Below the pieces are notes generated by a model, which was not told where the DNA came from, searched no databases, and saw only the letters and a program-made list of their open reading frames with translations. The position numbers and the translations under genes were made by a program. A stretch of DNA of 58,519 nucleotides, counting the filler, from Sphacelaria rigidula (taxonomy: Eukaryota): the NCBI GenBank assembly GCA_964200075.2. It is 7 parts of 7 records of this genome, joined end to end, with 100 filler letters (N's around TTAATTAATTAA, not from the genome) between each part and the next. Parts side by side here need not be neighbours in the genome. Positions count along the whole stretch, not along the records: positions 1 to 8,275 come from CAXNAA020011694.1; positions 8,376 to 16,650 come from CAXNAA020011695.1; 5 more parts are not named here. One strand, given 5' to 3'. This document shows, in pieces, positions 1 to 11,810 of the stretch; the stretch's first letter is position 1; every line of letters begins with the position of its first letter.

Positions 1-153
1 GCATCGAGAATCGAAGCCCCGTTCTCTCCACCCTAATGGCGACAGTCGGACCATTACGCCACCGGGGCGCGGCGGCTACAAGTATTATGCTGGTAGCACT
101 TGGCTCATATTTGGCCTTGTATCGCGGCGTGTTGTCTTGTTTTGTTCAACCAG

Positions 154-303
154 GAGTATTACAACGAGGAGGAAGCGAGGGATCTGTGCCGAGTGCTGCT
201 GGGGTCGATGAAGTACATTCACGACCGGGGGGTGGTCCACCGCGATCTTAAGCCGGAAAATTTGCTGCTCGCCAAACCCCAGGACGACACTTCGGTCAAG
301 CTT
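154..303 (+). CDS. CaMK-family Ser/Thr kinase, internal exon (subdomains VIa-VII start); gene 5' part lies outside the contig
   Basis: CAG|GAG acceptor at 153/154 and CTT|GTGAGT donor at 303/304; encodes EYYNEEEARDLCRVLLGSMKYIHDRGVVHRDLKPENLLLAKPQDDTSVKL with the HRDLKPEN catalytic loop. Confidence 0.95.
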
Positions 304-635
304 GTGAGTGGAGTACTTTTTGGTGCAGGTATTGTTTTTGTGGTTGTAATAATAATATCTTCTTCTTCTACTACTACTACGACCATGAACCGCTCGAAAT
401 TTGAATCCCTTTTTATCCAGGAGCACAACGCAAATATCACACTTGGAAGCTGGGAGATAATTCTCCTGTTCGGGCTCTGTACAGGGATATCAAGTCCTCC
501 GTCGAGCATACGGACAGTTTTAACAATTTACTTCATGTCTTGAGGGAATCGGTCACCCCCTCCCCCACGCACTCCATCCCGTTCCCTACCGACGCTGCAC
601 AACGCGTTTTCATGTTCTGTTTTGTGGCGCACCAG

Positions 636-743
636 GCCGACTTCGGATTTGCGTGCAGCGTACAGAACGGGCCTCTCACGACACAGTGCGGTACCCCTGG
701 ATACGTGGCCCCGGAGATCCTGAATGCCAAGGAATACGGCACG
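636..743 (+). CDS. CaMK-family kinase exon (DFG, activation loop, APE)
   Basis: CAG|GCC acceptor and ACG|GTAAGA donor, phase 0; ADFGFACSVQNGPLTTQCGTPGYVAPEILNAKEYGT. Confidence 0.95.
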
Positions 744-1258
744 GTAAGATGTCGCTTAGCTCGACTTTGGCAAGCCACAGCTCGTTTCGTGTGGTTTCGT
801 TTCCCTTGCTTCAACTTCCACCTCCGTTCATCCTCTCCTCGTTTCCCTGGGACGAGCCCGTAAGCCTCAGGGGGTCGTTTTATTATTTGCGAGCAGTCGA
901 GTAAGCTTCATTTTATTTGCGAGCAATCGAACGTTGGATCCGCCCTTTTGCAGCACGTCAGCGAATCGATTCTGCTGCAGCAGCATTACGTCATTGGAAC
1001 CAAATGGCTAGCCTGCAAGCAATGGCAGGTTTTGTGAACTGCCGACATGATTGACAGGCGAGGAAATTTGTCTTCTGCCTTCTCCCCCTCCCCTGCTTTT
1101 CCGCCCCCCTAAACTCAAGCGCCCGTATTTACTCGCGGGGTTTTATGGTGCGCGTTTTGCCATGTTTTGGCGTAAAAATATATTCCATGCCCAATCCTCG
1201 TCCCCTGCGCCCCCACCCTTTCTCAACGACGCGTATAAATATCTGTGATATTTTCCAG

Positions 1259-1417
1259 TCGGTGGACATGTGGAGCATCGGAGTCATCATCTATATTCTG
1301 CTCGGCGGGTACCCACCCTTTATGGACGAGAACCAGACACGCCTGTTCCGCAAGATTAAGGCTGGTAATTTCAAGTTCCACGAGGAGTACTGGAGACACG
1401 TGTCCGCTGACGCTCAG
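1259..1417 (+). CDS. CaMK-family kinase exon (subdomains IX-X)
   Basis: TTTTCCAG|TCG acceptor and CAG|GTATTG donor; SVDMWSIGVIIYILLGGYPPF...HVSADAQ. Confidence 0.95.
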
Positions 1418-2300
1418 GTATTGAAATCCTAGAGAATGGAATGAAAGCAGCAACACCTGAGAAAAAAACGAAGAGATGATTATATTGTATTCATAATCTC
1501 TACATTCATACGATCTGGTTCATTGTATATGCATGCCGCCGTTTACGGTAGGGTAGATGTGCCTTCTATTCGTCCATTGTGAATTGATTCTCCCGGTGTG
1601 GGTATGTTCGTGTGGGTGTTATGTTTTTGTTGTGTTTTGTTGTGTTTTGTTGTGTGTTGGATGTGCTGGTTATTCTTTTTAATTCGTTCGATCGCCAGGG
1701 TGGGCCATTTGTGTCTTTGATGGTCAGTGTCGGAAGCGAAGTTGATACCGATTCAGCGGATGGCCGTCTCGACCTGGCTTTGAAAATATTGGATGTTTTT
1801 TTGGTGTGACAGGGTGATCCATTAATAAAATATCCTGCTGGTTGCGGGGTGTGTATATTTTGTTGATCGCCACGGCACAGTGCCAAGTTCGAGCAGTGCC
1901 ACTAATTTCAAGTCTGTGTATGCGGAGTTAATGCAAGAAGTTAACGCAGAAAATGAGCGCGCTGCTCGTGCAGCATTACGAGACAAGTCCGGATGTAATG
2001 ACTTCATGTAAAGATAGAGACATGATTCTGCGGTGAGCACACGCTGATGGCTAGGCGCCATTCCATGTCGTACACACCGTCCGCTGAGTACTATAAAGCC
2101 TTTTGTCAATGCTTGCCTTACCTACCCATGTGTGCTGGCCAACTGTACTGACGGTGAGCATGGCGCTTGCACCAACGCCCTCTTCGCCACACTGATTGCG
2201 TCGAGTGCTGTGTTGAGAAACTGTTTCGAAAGTACCATTATTCCCGAACCGCCCACGAAGCAGTCAAGCAAAAACGGCTGTAATGGGAAATGTATATGTG

Positions 2301-2331
<31 letters not shown>

Positions 2332-3013
2332 TTTTCAATTGGTTTCGGGGGGCGGTCACGCCAGTGCGGTTCATCTTTGTGCGACTTAAAAGCAAGGTCA
2401 TCGTTGATGACGATGGTGTTATTGTTGTTGCTTGTTGACGTTAGATGTTGATGTTGATGTTGCTGGTGCTATCGCTGGTATGCGATCGATCTTTTCACAA
2501 GTTGAAAGGAAAGAACCGTATGGTTGTTGATTGGGTTTGGTTTGCGGTGCTGCTGTAGGAGCATGTATTGCGTCTGTCCTGCGCCTTTTTCTCGAGCGCC
2601 GCGGAGAGAGTTGAACCAGGATCCGAGCGAGCGAAGGGACAGTGTTCTGACGGTTGACGGTAGGCGGTAGACGGGAAGGAAAGCTTCGGACGAATCCTCA
2701 CCTTTTTGTTTTTACCCGTCTTCGCTGGTGTGGTGTACCGTTGTCTTTTCGGTGCCATTTATATACATTTTGTTTTATTTTATTTTATTTTATGTATACA
2801 TATATCGATGTACAATTTTGATATACTATTACTTTACTTGTATATACTCATATGTCCACATTTTCACGCACGTATTCTCTTTCATGTATTTATTCATACA
2901 TGGTGTTTAATGACTATAAGTTAGTTTAATTTGATTTAGTTTTGTTGTTACAAATATTCATATGCATGTATTTTTTTATATATTTCTACTGCTATTGCAA
3001 AAAATGAACACAG

Positions 3014-3193
3014 GATCTGATCAAGAAATTGTTGGTGGTGGACGAGAAAAGGCGATACACAGCGACACAGGCGGTCAACCACCCCTGGCTCACAGTGAAG
3101 GGCGACAGCCTCAAGGGCCGTGACCTTGGGAAGAACCTGGATGAGCTCCGAATCTTTAACGCTAAGCGCAAGCTACGAGCTGCCGTGAAGACG
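3014..3193 (+). CDS. CaMK-family kinase exon (subdomain XI plus autoinhibitory/CaM-binding helix)
   Basis: CAG|GAT acceptor and ACG|GTGAGT donor; DLIKKLLVVDEKRRYTATQAVNHPWL...LRIFNAKRKLRAAVKT, similar to the CaMK FNARRKLK motif. Confidence 0.93.
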
Positions 3194-3301
3194 GTGAGTC
3201 AGGATAGCTCATTTTTGTCCGGGGGGATGGGGGAGGAAGATAGGGGGGATGGAAAGGGGGTTAGTTCTTCGATTACTAAGTACAGTAATCATACTTCCTG
3301 G

Positions 3302-3658
3302 CCGGTCGCCCCGGTGGATCAGTTGGTATCCTCGAAACCTCCTGACGATTGGGTCGTGGGTTCAATTCTCGGAGCGATCTGGGATTTTTCTCGCACCATG
3401 CTCAACAGTGAACAGCGACCATGTCGTGGGTATACAACATTCGACTTGAAGATCGACGAGGGAAAGGGACTGCTGAACCGTCCTCGCGATAAGAAATAAA
3501 GGCAAGCACCGCAGAGGGAAGGTGGGGTACTAAGAACAAATAACTTAAAAAAAAGCTCCTGTGTTAACCTTCCTCCTGTGTGACCCGGGCTGGCGCGCCT
3601 ACATATACCGAAAGGTGTAGACTGGCGTCCAGAATAGATGAGACGACAACACACACAC
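3302..3658 (+). mobile_element. Full-length tRNA-derived SINE (family A) in kinase intron 4
   Basis: Pol III A-box-like GGTGGATCAGTTGG and B-box-like GGTTCAATTC in the head; the body (TTCGACTTGA..CGACGAGGGAAAGGGACTGCTGAACC..CATATACCGAAAG..TCCAGAATAGATG) recurs at three other loci; (CA)n tail. Confidence 0.8.
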
Positions 3659-3929
3659 TTCAGTATTATTACCTTGTCTGCTGTGTATATGCCTACTTTT
3701 GGTAATTTTCTGTTGATGGAATTGTCATGTACGACTGCTCCTGCAGTAAAGATCCGAAAATTCAGCGGATTGATTCCTTCGGCGTCCGTGGATAAACACC
3801 GGACTGGATGAGAGGATGATTTTTGCATGTGAACTTGATGCCGATTTTAACATGTGGGTGGATATGACCAGTCAAGAGAAGGGGGGGGGGGGTACTCCTG
3901 ATCTCGCATGTCGTTGTCAGAAGATCATG

Positions 3930-4034
3930 GACCTCGCATCCGTACAAAGCCGGGACGGAGCATGCCGGTTGTCACTGGATCAAGCTCGCAATCACAAGCG
4001 CGAAGCGTCGTGATGCATGCGGCGAGTCGCGTGA
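3930..4034 (+). repeat. Dispersed GC-rich repeat (family E), copy 1
   Basis: GACCTCGCATC..ACAAAGCCGGGACGGAGCA shared with 7547-7705 and 32261-32412. Confidence 0.8.
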
Positions 4035-4180
4035 GGGCGGGGGAGGGCGTACACATTCGTTGCTTGCCTCAGTCGTTTGGCCGTTGACCACGCACCCCTT
4101 TCAAGATGGAGCACCGTTCCGTTCCTGCTTCTATTGGAGACACCTCCAACATTTGGTGCTCATTACGTTTTTTTCCATAC
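4035..4180 (-). mobile_element. Retroposon-like 3' end with poly(C) tail (family G)
   Basis: Reverse complement reads GTATGG..CGTAATGAGC..ATGTTGGAGGTGTCTC..GAAAGGGGTGCGTGGTCAACGG..GGCAAGCAACGAATGTGTACGCCCTCCCCC; related copies at 4199-4297(-), 8219-8275(+), 10120-10253(+), 29720-29818(-), 50247-50315(+). Confidence 0.75.
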
Positions 4181-5000
4181 AGCACACAAAACAATCGCGG
4201 GGGGGGGGGAAGGGGGGGGGGGAGGGGAGGAGTTATCATTTGGTTCTTGCCTTAGTCGTTCGACCAGTGACCGTGCATCCCTTTCGAGACGGAGCGGAGG
4301 GGGGGAGAAGAATTTTAGGTACATGTGTACCATACAGCCAGTAATGGGCTGACTGAAGCCCGCACGGGCTAGACTTTGACGAGCATTGGCCTTGCACACC
4401 GAAATGACGACATCTCACATCAATTTCGAGTCATCCGGGAAGTAACTATGGAAAACTCGGGGTGGTAAGACTGATGTCCCTAGATTTTGACGTGTAAGTT
4501 GATACTGAAATTAGGATCTCCTGTCATTTGGGCGGTTCAGCAGCAGCTGTGCGTACCTCCCAACCGTCCGAACATGCGCGGAATAAGTTCAGCCGAAAGG
4601 CAACGTGGCGAAGGATATATACATGTTTTGTATGCGGAAGCAGCTGGTACTCTTTCTAATGGATCAGTTTTTTTTTTCTTCACCTAAATGCGCATGTTTT
4701 TCAGTCCAAGCGTTTTGTTCAAAGCCAAGAGGAGGCGACTCAAGAAAGGTTGTCATACTTTTCCTCCAAATATCGTCATCATCCGCCTTACCTACCCTTC
4801 GGTTATGTGCATATGTGTATATACGTTGTATGTGTATTGCTTCAAGTGTATTCGCATGGGGCGAGAAACCGATATTCTTCGGGTTGCTCTGACACACACG
4901 GCGAGCTGTTGCTACAGCCGTAAGAATCAGCATTGGACAGAAGTGGTTGAAATCTACCAATTGATCCTCCGATCTTTCTAGGCAGCGTCATGGTCTCGAA

Positions 5001-5237
5001 GGGTGTTTTGTGGGTGGGGTATTTCCTACATTTGGTTATGTTGAAAAATCGATCCTTCAGCACCCAAAATTTTGGGTGGAGTATTGAGATCATACTAAAC
5101 AATACCCAGATCTTGGGTAGAGTATTGAGATGGAACCCAACTCCACCCAATATTTGTGTAGAGTTTGGAGAGAGGACCATCACAACACAAAATTAAGGCG
5201 AGCAAATACCTGGGTATCTACCCTACCCAACACACCC
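5001..5237. mobile_element. MITE with imperfect GGGTGT...ACACCC terminal inverted repeats
   Basis: Ends AAGGGTGTTTTGTGGGTGGGGTA / TACCCTACCCAACACACCCTT; three internal copies of a palindromic ACCCA..TT(G/T)GGT(A/G)GAGT motif. Confidence 0.6.
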
Positions 5238-5552
5238 TTGGAGTATTGTACTCTAAGGCAGGGTTTGGGGCAGTAGGATACGTTCGGGGTGTCGATACCC
5301 CTGGCAAAATACCCTGGTGTACCTCATATACTCTACGTGTTTTCGGCAATCGTTACCCCAGTCGATGTCTCAAGTACCCTCGGATATTCATCTCAGCAAG
5401 TACCATGGAACTTCAGGGGACCCTGTGAAGTGCATTAACCCTCCGTAATGGTCTACGGTTAAAGTACGGTATTTTGGGGTCACGCTGTCCCAAGCAAGGT
5501 ATGAAGCTGCTGCTCTACATGTTGACTCATGCTACGTATGCCCCTCCCCCCG

Positions 5553-5589
<37 letters not shown>

Positions 5590-5636
5590 ACACGAGTAAA
5601 TGACGCCATTCATTAATCGTGCGTGACTCGACACAG

Positions 5637-5699
5637 GTGGTGGCGGCCAGGAAGTTCGTGTCTCCGTTGGACAGTCTGTTCGAGGAGTCGGGTCTCTAA
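5637..5699 (+). CDS. CaMK-family kinase terminal exon with stop codon
   Basis: ACACAG|GTG phase-0 acceptor; VVAARKFVSPLDSLFEESGL* completes the CaM-binding motif KRKLRAAVKT-VVAARKF; too short for the ORF track. Confidence 0.8.
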   Translation: MVAARKFVSPLDSLFEESGL

Positions 5700-6468
5700 C
5701 GCGCCGAGGAAGTGTATGCAAACAGATTCGCGTACCCTGCCGGGGAGACTGGTTGGGAAAGGGAAATTATAGTTTTTAAAATGGGTATTACAGCGATACG
5801 TATTGGGTACTTACGTCTGCATGCCGCAGCTTTAGACCATCGACCATATATCCGTGAAACGAGGAGGGTGGGGAGAGAGCAAAAGTCGGTCGGATAGTGT
5901 TGGATGACATGGAGAAATATGTGACACCATGTGTTTGCTGCTGGGGTGATACGGTATCATCTGTCCGCTAGTGTAGGGTACACTGGGGCAGTGTGGCTAC
6001 GTGGCGCTGGTGGCTCCAGCACTCGCTCTCCCTTATCAGTCCCCCCCCCCCCCCCCTCCCCCTGCTGCGTATACCCCCCATGAAGGTCTTGTTGCTGAAC
6101 GATTTGTGTATGTGTGTTGAATCTGGTGTTACATGTGTGTTCGGTTTTGACGGTGTTATGTCACGGCTGTGCGTTGGGAAGTAGATTGTCAGAGAGGGAA
6201 GAAGGTATGGAAGGGTCATAACTGTGACCGTTTCGGATTAGTTTTTTTTGGTACGTGTGTGTGTTTTTTTTGTAAAGGAAATGGGGACCATGGCCTTCTT
6301 ACATGAGCCAAACTTTGGCTTCATCAACCCCTGCCTCCACGAGACTGATTCTAAATATTATTTCATCATTATCGTATCGTACCTACCGCTTGGAGTCTCG
6401 AAAAAATGACGAGGACTCCATGTCTTGCAAGGAATAGCAGGGACGGTATTGGAAAGACGAGCCTACGT

Positions 6469-6530
6469 CTGTCACCACGGGTTCGAGAGATCGGACTGAT
6501 GTGCGGCGATAATAATAGTAGTAACAACCT
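6469..6530 (+). mobile_element. Retroposon 3' end with (ATA)n-like tail (family B)
   Basis: CTGT.ACCACGGGTTCG.GAGATC.GACT.ATGTGCGG shared with 48335-48372; both followed by ATA-rich tails. Confidence 0.65.
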
Positions 6531-7546
6531 ACCCCTCATCATGCAATGGCAGGGGGGAAGGGAGGGTGATCCCGGCTCCTTTACGCAGTAAGGTTTTGGG
6601 TGTGGGCCCGTCCCGTTTTTGTGCGCCGGGTTTCTTTCGGTGGCCGTCACATAGTTGGAAGGCAAGATGTATGAAAGGTTCGAAAACCACGACGAAATGG
6701 CTTTGCTGTATGGTGTACCTTGTTCCTTTTTGTTTTCCTTGCCTTACCCTGTGGTGCGCGTAGGATATCCAACGTGTATAACCATCAGTCGTAGATATAT
6801 GTGCTGCTCAGAATTGCTTCGGTAGTGATAACACAATCAATCAGTTTTTCCCGTCCAAGTATGGGATAGATTGTTGTGGATCCGGCACGGACCCAGTATG
6901 ATGTAGAGATTACGATCGAAGGCTACAAAATAGTCCTGAAGGGGGGAAAGGAGAGGGGTGCAGAGGCGCAGTATCCCGCCTGCGCCGTGTATCCCAAACC
7001 TTTGCACGCACGTTTTGAATTGGGCATGATACAGCGTGAACATATCCGGGTGACCCCGGCCGTGCTTTTTGCTTTTTTCTAATTAAGTTACCTCGGTGTT
7101 AAGTCACACCAGTAGTTGGATTGGACAGTTGCAACAATGCGTGACTCAGCTCCCATACCAATGGCCACTCGATTGACGACAGAACATAGGGAGTCCAGCC
7201 TAGTGTTTAACACCCTTATCTGAGCATCATTCGATCTACAGACAGCCGTTAGCTCACGTATAGCATCGAGAATTGTATGCATCGTGAACGTGTGACTGCA
7301 GGCCTTGGTTGCTCGAGTGAAGTCAGGGCGGGAAGGGTCGGTCTGGTCTTGTTTGCTTGCCTGTGTGTTTTCCATGTTTATTTGGTCTCCCCCCATGATA
7401 CGATTGACGGGTGCGAGTAGGTGGGTTCACAGGTTCGGAATCGTCGCCCAACGTCCACCGGTTTGCCAGTCCGAGGTACTTGATTTATGTAGATGGGGGG
7501 GGGGGGGGGCTGTACTCGTGATATTGCATCCCGTAGTCACATGACT

Positions 7547-7705
7547 GTTGACCTCGCATCTCTACAAAGCCGGGACGGAGCACGCCGGGTATTCGCCGGA
7601 CCAGCCTCGCAATCAATCATCAAGGGCGAAGCACTGTGATGTGTTCGGTGAGCCGCATGAACGGTGAGAGCTGCATACTGCTGATATTGTTCGGCCCGAA
7701 GCGTA
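7547..7705 (+). repeat. Dispersed repeat family E, copy 2
   Basis: Aligns to 32261-32412 through ...TTGTTCGGCCCGAAGCGTA. Confidence 0.8.
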
Positions 7706-8275
7706 CACACGTGTTGATGGGGTTCGGAGAAAAAGTTATCTTGTGACAAGTCACAACGTCCCGTAACCGGCTACCTCCTCGTGTACATGAGACCAGGGAA
7801 CAGATATGGCAGTTTCTGGCTATAGAAAAATTAGTGTTTTTTATTGGCTCTTCGGGCATGCGTCCGGTCACCTTGCACCGAGCTGTGCTGCTTCGCTTGA
7901 AGCCACGGTCGGTATCGTACACGTGCGCATTGGCAGAAATCAATGGGCGAGCTCATGACAAAAGTCTGAATCAACATGGTGTGAGCGGTGAGAGTTGGAT
8001 GCGCACCCTCACTTTATCTTGTGAATAACAACGATAGCCACACCATAGCCCGGAAGCCACGGGGGGAGGCCTCTATATATCTATCGGCGCTTTTCTCTTC
8101 GAGGACTGTTGCTGACGACTTGGAGGGTTCTGTGTGTGAGCGTCTACATTCCGCTATATTTTCGTTTTCGTTTTGATACTTCAAGACCCCCCCCCCATCC
8201 CCCTGTTTTTTGTGTGATGTATGGAAGAAACGTAATGAGCGCCGGAATGTTGGAGGTGTCTCTATTAGGAGCAGG

Positions 8276-8375
8276 NNNNNNNNNNNNNNNNNNNNNNNNN
8301 NNNNNNNNNNNNNNNNNNNTTAATTAATTAANNNNNNNNNNNNNNNNNNNNNNNNNNNNNNNNNNNNNNNNNNNN
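8276..8375. other. Artificial contig spacer N44-TTAATTAATTAA-N44
   Basis: Identical 100-nt spacers also at 16651-16750, 25025-25124, 33399-33498, 41773-41872 and 50147-50246; the linker has stops in all six frames. Confidence 0.98.
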
Positions 8376-9474
8376 AGTGCTGCAATTTCCTGCCGTGGCC
8401 ATCTCGACATTGAGATCTCACCTTCCGGATCCATCACCAGTCTTACCTCGCATAGGTGCTATTCGCGCTGTTCTACGAAAGGGTCCAGTCCTTCACTCGG
8501 TTTTGTTTCTTGTGATATACATGAAGATCAGCTTAGAGATATGTGTGTTTTTGTGTTTTTGCGTCGACACGGCAACTCGGGAAAGGGAGCAGCGTGTCAA
8601 GCAATGTGCGCTTGGTTCAAGGGGCCAATGAGACGTGTTCACCCCACCTGACCTGCAAAGCTCTTACAACATATCCGGCATACATCCTCCTGGTCTCACG
8701 ACTGCGTTCTTACCGCGTGGGAGATCTGACGCTTCGGAAAGAAATGCCTGCTTTCAGTCACCTGCCCAAATGGGTGACTACCTCCACGCTAAACTCTTCG
8801 CCTCTGTTCCGCGAATCGTTTGAGGGGCACCGCAAGTTAGGCACATTCTGCAGGGGCACTGACTACCCCGTTGACTTGTTTTGATGGCTGTGGGAAATCA
8901 TTTGGGGATCGAGAAGCGAGGTCAAGTGCCTGCAGATGTATGTGTACGTGAGTGCAACATCACCTTAATTGTTGGCAAGTTGATCACCTCGCCCCATGGG
9001 TCTACCGCACGCCCCTACCTGATGGCCGTTTGGCGACTGCTTGACCTGTTGGGCCTCCTGCAACGGCATGACAGCACACTATCTTGCCTGATATCTTTCG
9101 TACTTCTTGAAAGGGAGCGGTCACGTGTCGTGGAAAGGGTGGCGCCTACTGCTAAATGTTTGAGTGCTCATCATTATTTTTGGAACCGCCGGCAGCTCCT
9201 CCGCTCTTATTTCGTACTCAGATCGCCTCCCACATACCGTTTCGGCCGTCATTCCCCCCCCAGGTCCAACGGTTTTGTAGGGATTTCAGAAACAGTGGAA
9301 GGATTGCAAAAACAGATAGACAAGGCGCAAGAATACACTACTGTAGGCGATGGAGAGTGACAGCGAACAGCGAATGAGAGTGATAACGAATGTGAAAAAT
9401 ATGCGCGATACTCGTCTGTAAGTCCACTAAAGTTCAGGCGGAAGTGGGGAGGAGGGAAACTGTCGATTCCAGAC
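8376..9474 (+). repeat. ~1.1-kb direct repeat, copy 1 (cut by the contig start)
   Basis: Colinear with 15465-16580 (offset about 7.09 kb), with scattered substitutions and small indels. Confidence 0.9.
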
Positions 9475-9763
9475 CGATATACATACCTTGGCTAGATCTC
9501 AAAACATTGTTCTTGGGATGCACAAATTCACAAGGTAGTGTAAAAGGTCAAGCATAGATAGGAAGGATGAACGTGATCCTCAGAGACCCACACCCAGACA
9601 CCGGGGTTGAGATATGTATCCTGATGAACTTGATCGTACCACAGCTGGAATATGCAGGATAAATATGGAAGTTTAACGTGAAATTGGTGGAGCAAGCTAG
9701 AAACAGTACAGAGAGCAGCAGCCAAGCAGATATTTGAATGATCGGACCTGCCGGAAAGATTAA

Positions 9764-9840
9764 TTGATTGATTGGTTGATTGTCGCACTTCAACTGATCC
9801 CCCCGGGGTCCAGCCGTGGTCTCATGATAGACGTACCCAC
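9764..9840 (-). mobile_element. Retroposon 3' end with (CAAT)n tail (family C)
   Basis: Reverse complement GGGTACGTCTATCATG..ACCACGGCTGGA..TCAGTTGAAGTGCGACAATCAA; related copies at 27493-27580(+), 45906-45980(-), 55581-55683(+). Confidence 0.7.
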
Positions 9841-10119
9841 GAAACACGAAACTGAAACACGCTCTGAGAAAAAGGAGGAACAGAAAAAAAGAAAGAAGTA
9901 TACCAGTAATCGGAAAGAGGAAGTTGATAGACAAAACTACCTCTGTGGCAAAGCAATCGAGAGCAGAAGTCATAAAGTGGCGCAATGTGATCTGTACAAG
10001 TAGGAGCAGCACGTGCTAGAGGGGGAAATGCGGGACGTGAACGAAGGAGGCATGGAATCGTCTGATATATTAGCTACGTAAAATGTTTTTGCGCAGAGTA
10101 TGGGATAAACGTAATGAGC

Positions 10120-10253
10120 TATGGAAGAAGCGTAATGCGCGCCGGAATGTTGAAGGTGTCTCTATTACGAGTAGGAGCGGTGCTTCGTCTCGAAAGGGAT
10201 GCGTGGTAAATGGTCAAACGACAAAGGCACGCAACAAGTGAGTACGCCCCCCC
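10120..10253 (+). mobile_element. Family G copy ending GAGTACG-poly(C)
   Basis: Contains both the segment that ends contig 1 and the segment that starts contig 7. Confidence 0.75.
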
Positions 10254-11726
10254 TCAGATTCGATTGCACCTGTTTTCCCAAAGGATCTCCTTGCTGGCGA
10301 TCAGACTGAATGCGTTGATCAGGGTCTACAGAGTACGATCATTCGCCACTGTGTCCAGTTCGAGGTCTGCCGGATGAAGTAGGCGTGTCCCCCCCTGCGG
10401 AGAGCACTTCGCCTACCTTCGTTCCTTCGCTAACTGTGCGGAATGACCAGTACTCACACCTGTTACGGAACCTTGATCGGTGCTGTTCGGGCGGCCTCGG
10501 GTCTACCACTTGGGAAGCTACGTGACGCTACTCGACAAAAAGGGTGGCGTTGATTTGCTACGAATGGAGTACAGTACTCTCAAACAAGGGGTTATACGTA
10601 GCTCGCCGTTGATGGTGACCAGAACCTGCTTCGGGTCCGTGGAGAACAGCCTGGTGTCCAGAACCCAGCAGGGCGCCTACCAGCTCCCGTTTCTCCGATT
10701 CACCCACCTGTTAACCGTACGCTACAACCTTCCCGATATATGGTTTCACCATCTTCTCAGATGTCTAGCAAAAACCACCATTGGCTACGATTGGTGGAAA
10801 CCTGTCGATGACTGATCTTGCCCGTTATCCCGAGCTGGCTTCAGTTGCGCTTAGTGGTCGTCCCTGGAGTTTGCCACCGCAGGCTTCTCAAGACAAATGT
10901 ACCTGGGGTGTACTTTCGTGCGTCAGGCAATGGCTTCAGCAAAATATTTACCAAAAAAAACACCATGGATGGGCGGGGCTGTACGCTCGCAACTTGAAAG
11001 TAGCGAATACAAATGGCGAAGACGGCGGTAGAGTAAAATTGCCACGGGGAGTAGAGAGAATATAACTGAAAATGTAGGAAGAGAGGAGAAAAACGGCAGA
11101 AAACCGAGGGGTACCATACGGCAGACAGGGGGGCAGAAAGGGAAATAGAAAAGAGGCATTGAGTCAGTGGAAGGAGAAAATGACGCAAATAGTGCACCGT
11201 GGGCTACGACTGCTAAATGCAGACGATGAGGGAAGGGGATCACCAGTGAAAAACAGTTGAGAGCGAAAGAGAAAAAAATCAACAGCAAAAAAATAACAGC
11301 GGTAGAGGAAATTAACATGGTATGATGCGATACCAACGACCATGATATGACTCGCGGCATTGCGCAGGCACTTTCGGGGCGACAGGAGCGGGCAAAATCG
11401 AACAGCAAAAGCGGCAGGGGCGGACGGGGGGGTGTAGTATTAGTGCGCGCTCTTCCGATGTTCGTGTGCAATTCCGAAACTTCAAAAATAAATAAAGATG
11501 TAAAAAGTAGATAAAAATAGAATAGAATAGAATAAAACAAAACAAAACAAAATATGGGTCACTGTGAAGGGAAGAGTCAAACGCAACGCTACAGTAGAAG
11601 CAGGGTGAACAAAACAAAATGGTCAAGGCGTGAGCCACGCATATAATAACTTTTACAACCGGTGTGTCTACTGCTGCCGATCAACGGCACTGGTTGCCCC
11701 CAATTTCCCGACGTGAAGAAATCCAT

Positions 11727-11810
11727 GTAGTGACGGTCCTCTGAAGTGCAGTGATGGTTCCTTTTAGTGTTGTGACGGTCCCATGAAGTGTTGTGACGAT
11801 CCCATGTAGT
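11727..11810. repeat. Minisatellite, 4 x 21 bp
   Basis: Units resemble GTTGTGACGGTCCCATGAAGT. Confidence 0.8.

Noticed and set aside
8320-8331. Regularly spaced TTAATTAATTAA as a biological periodic motif
   Set aside because: Always centred in N runs; it is an assembly linker
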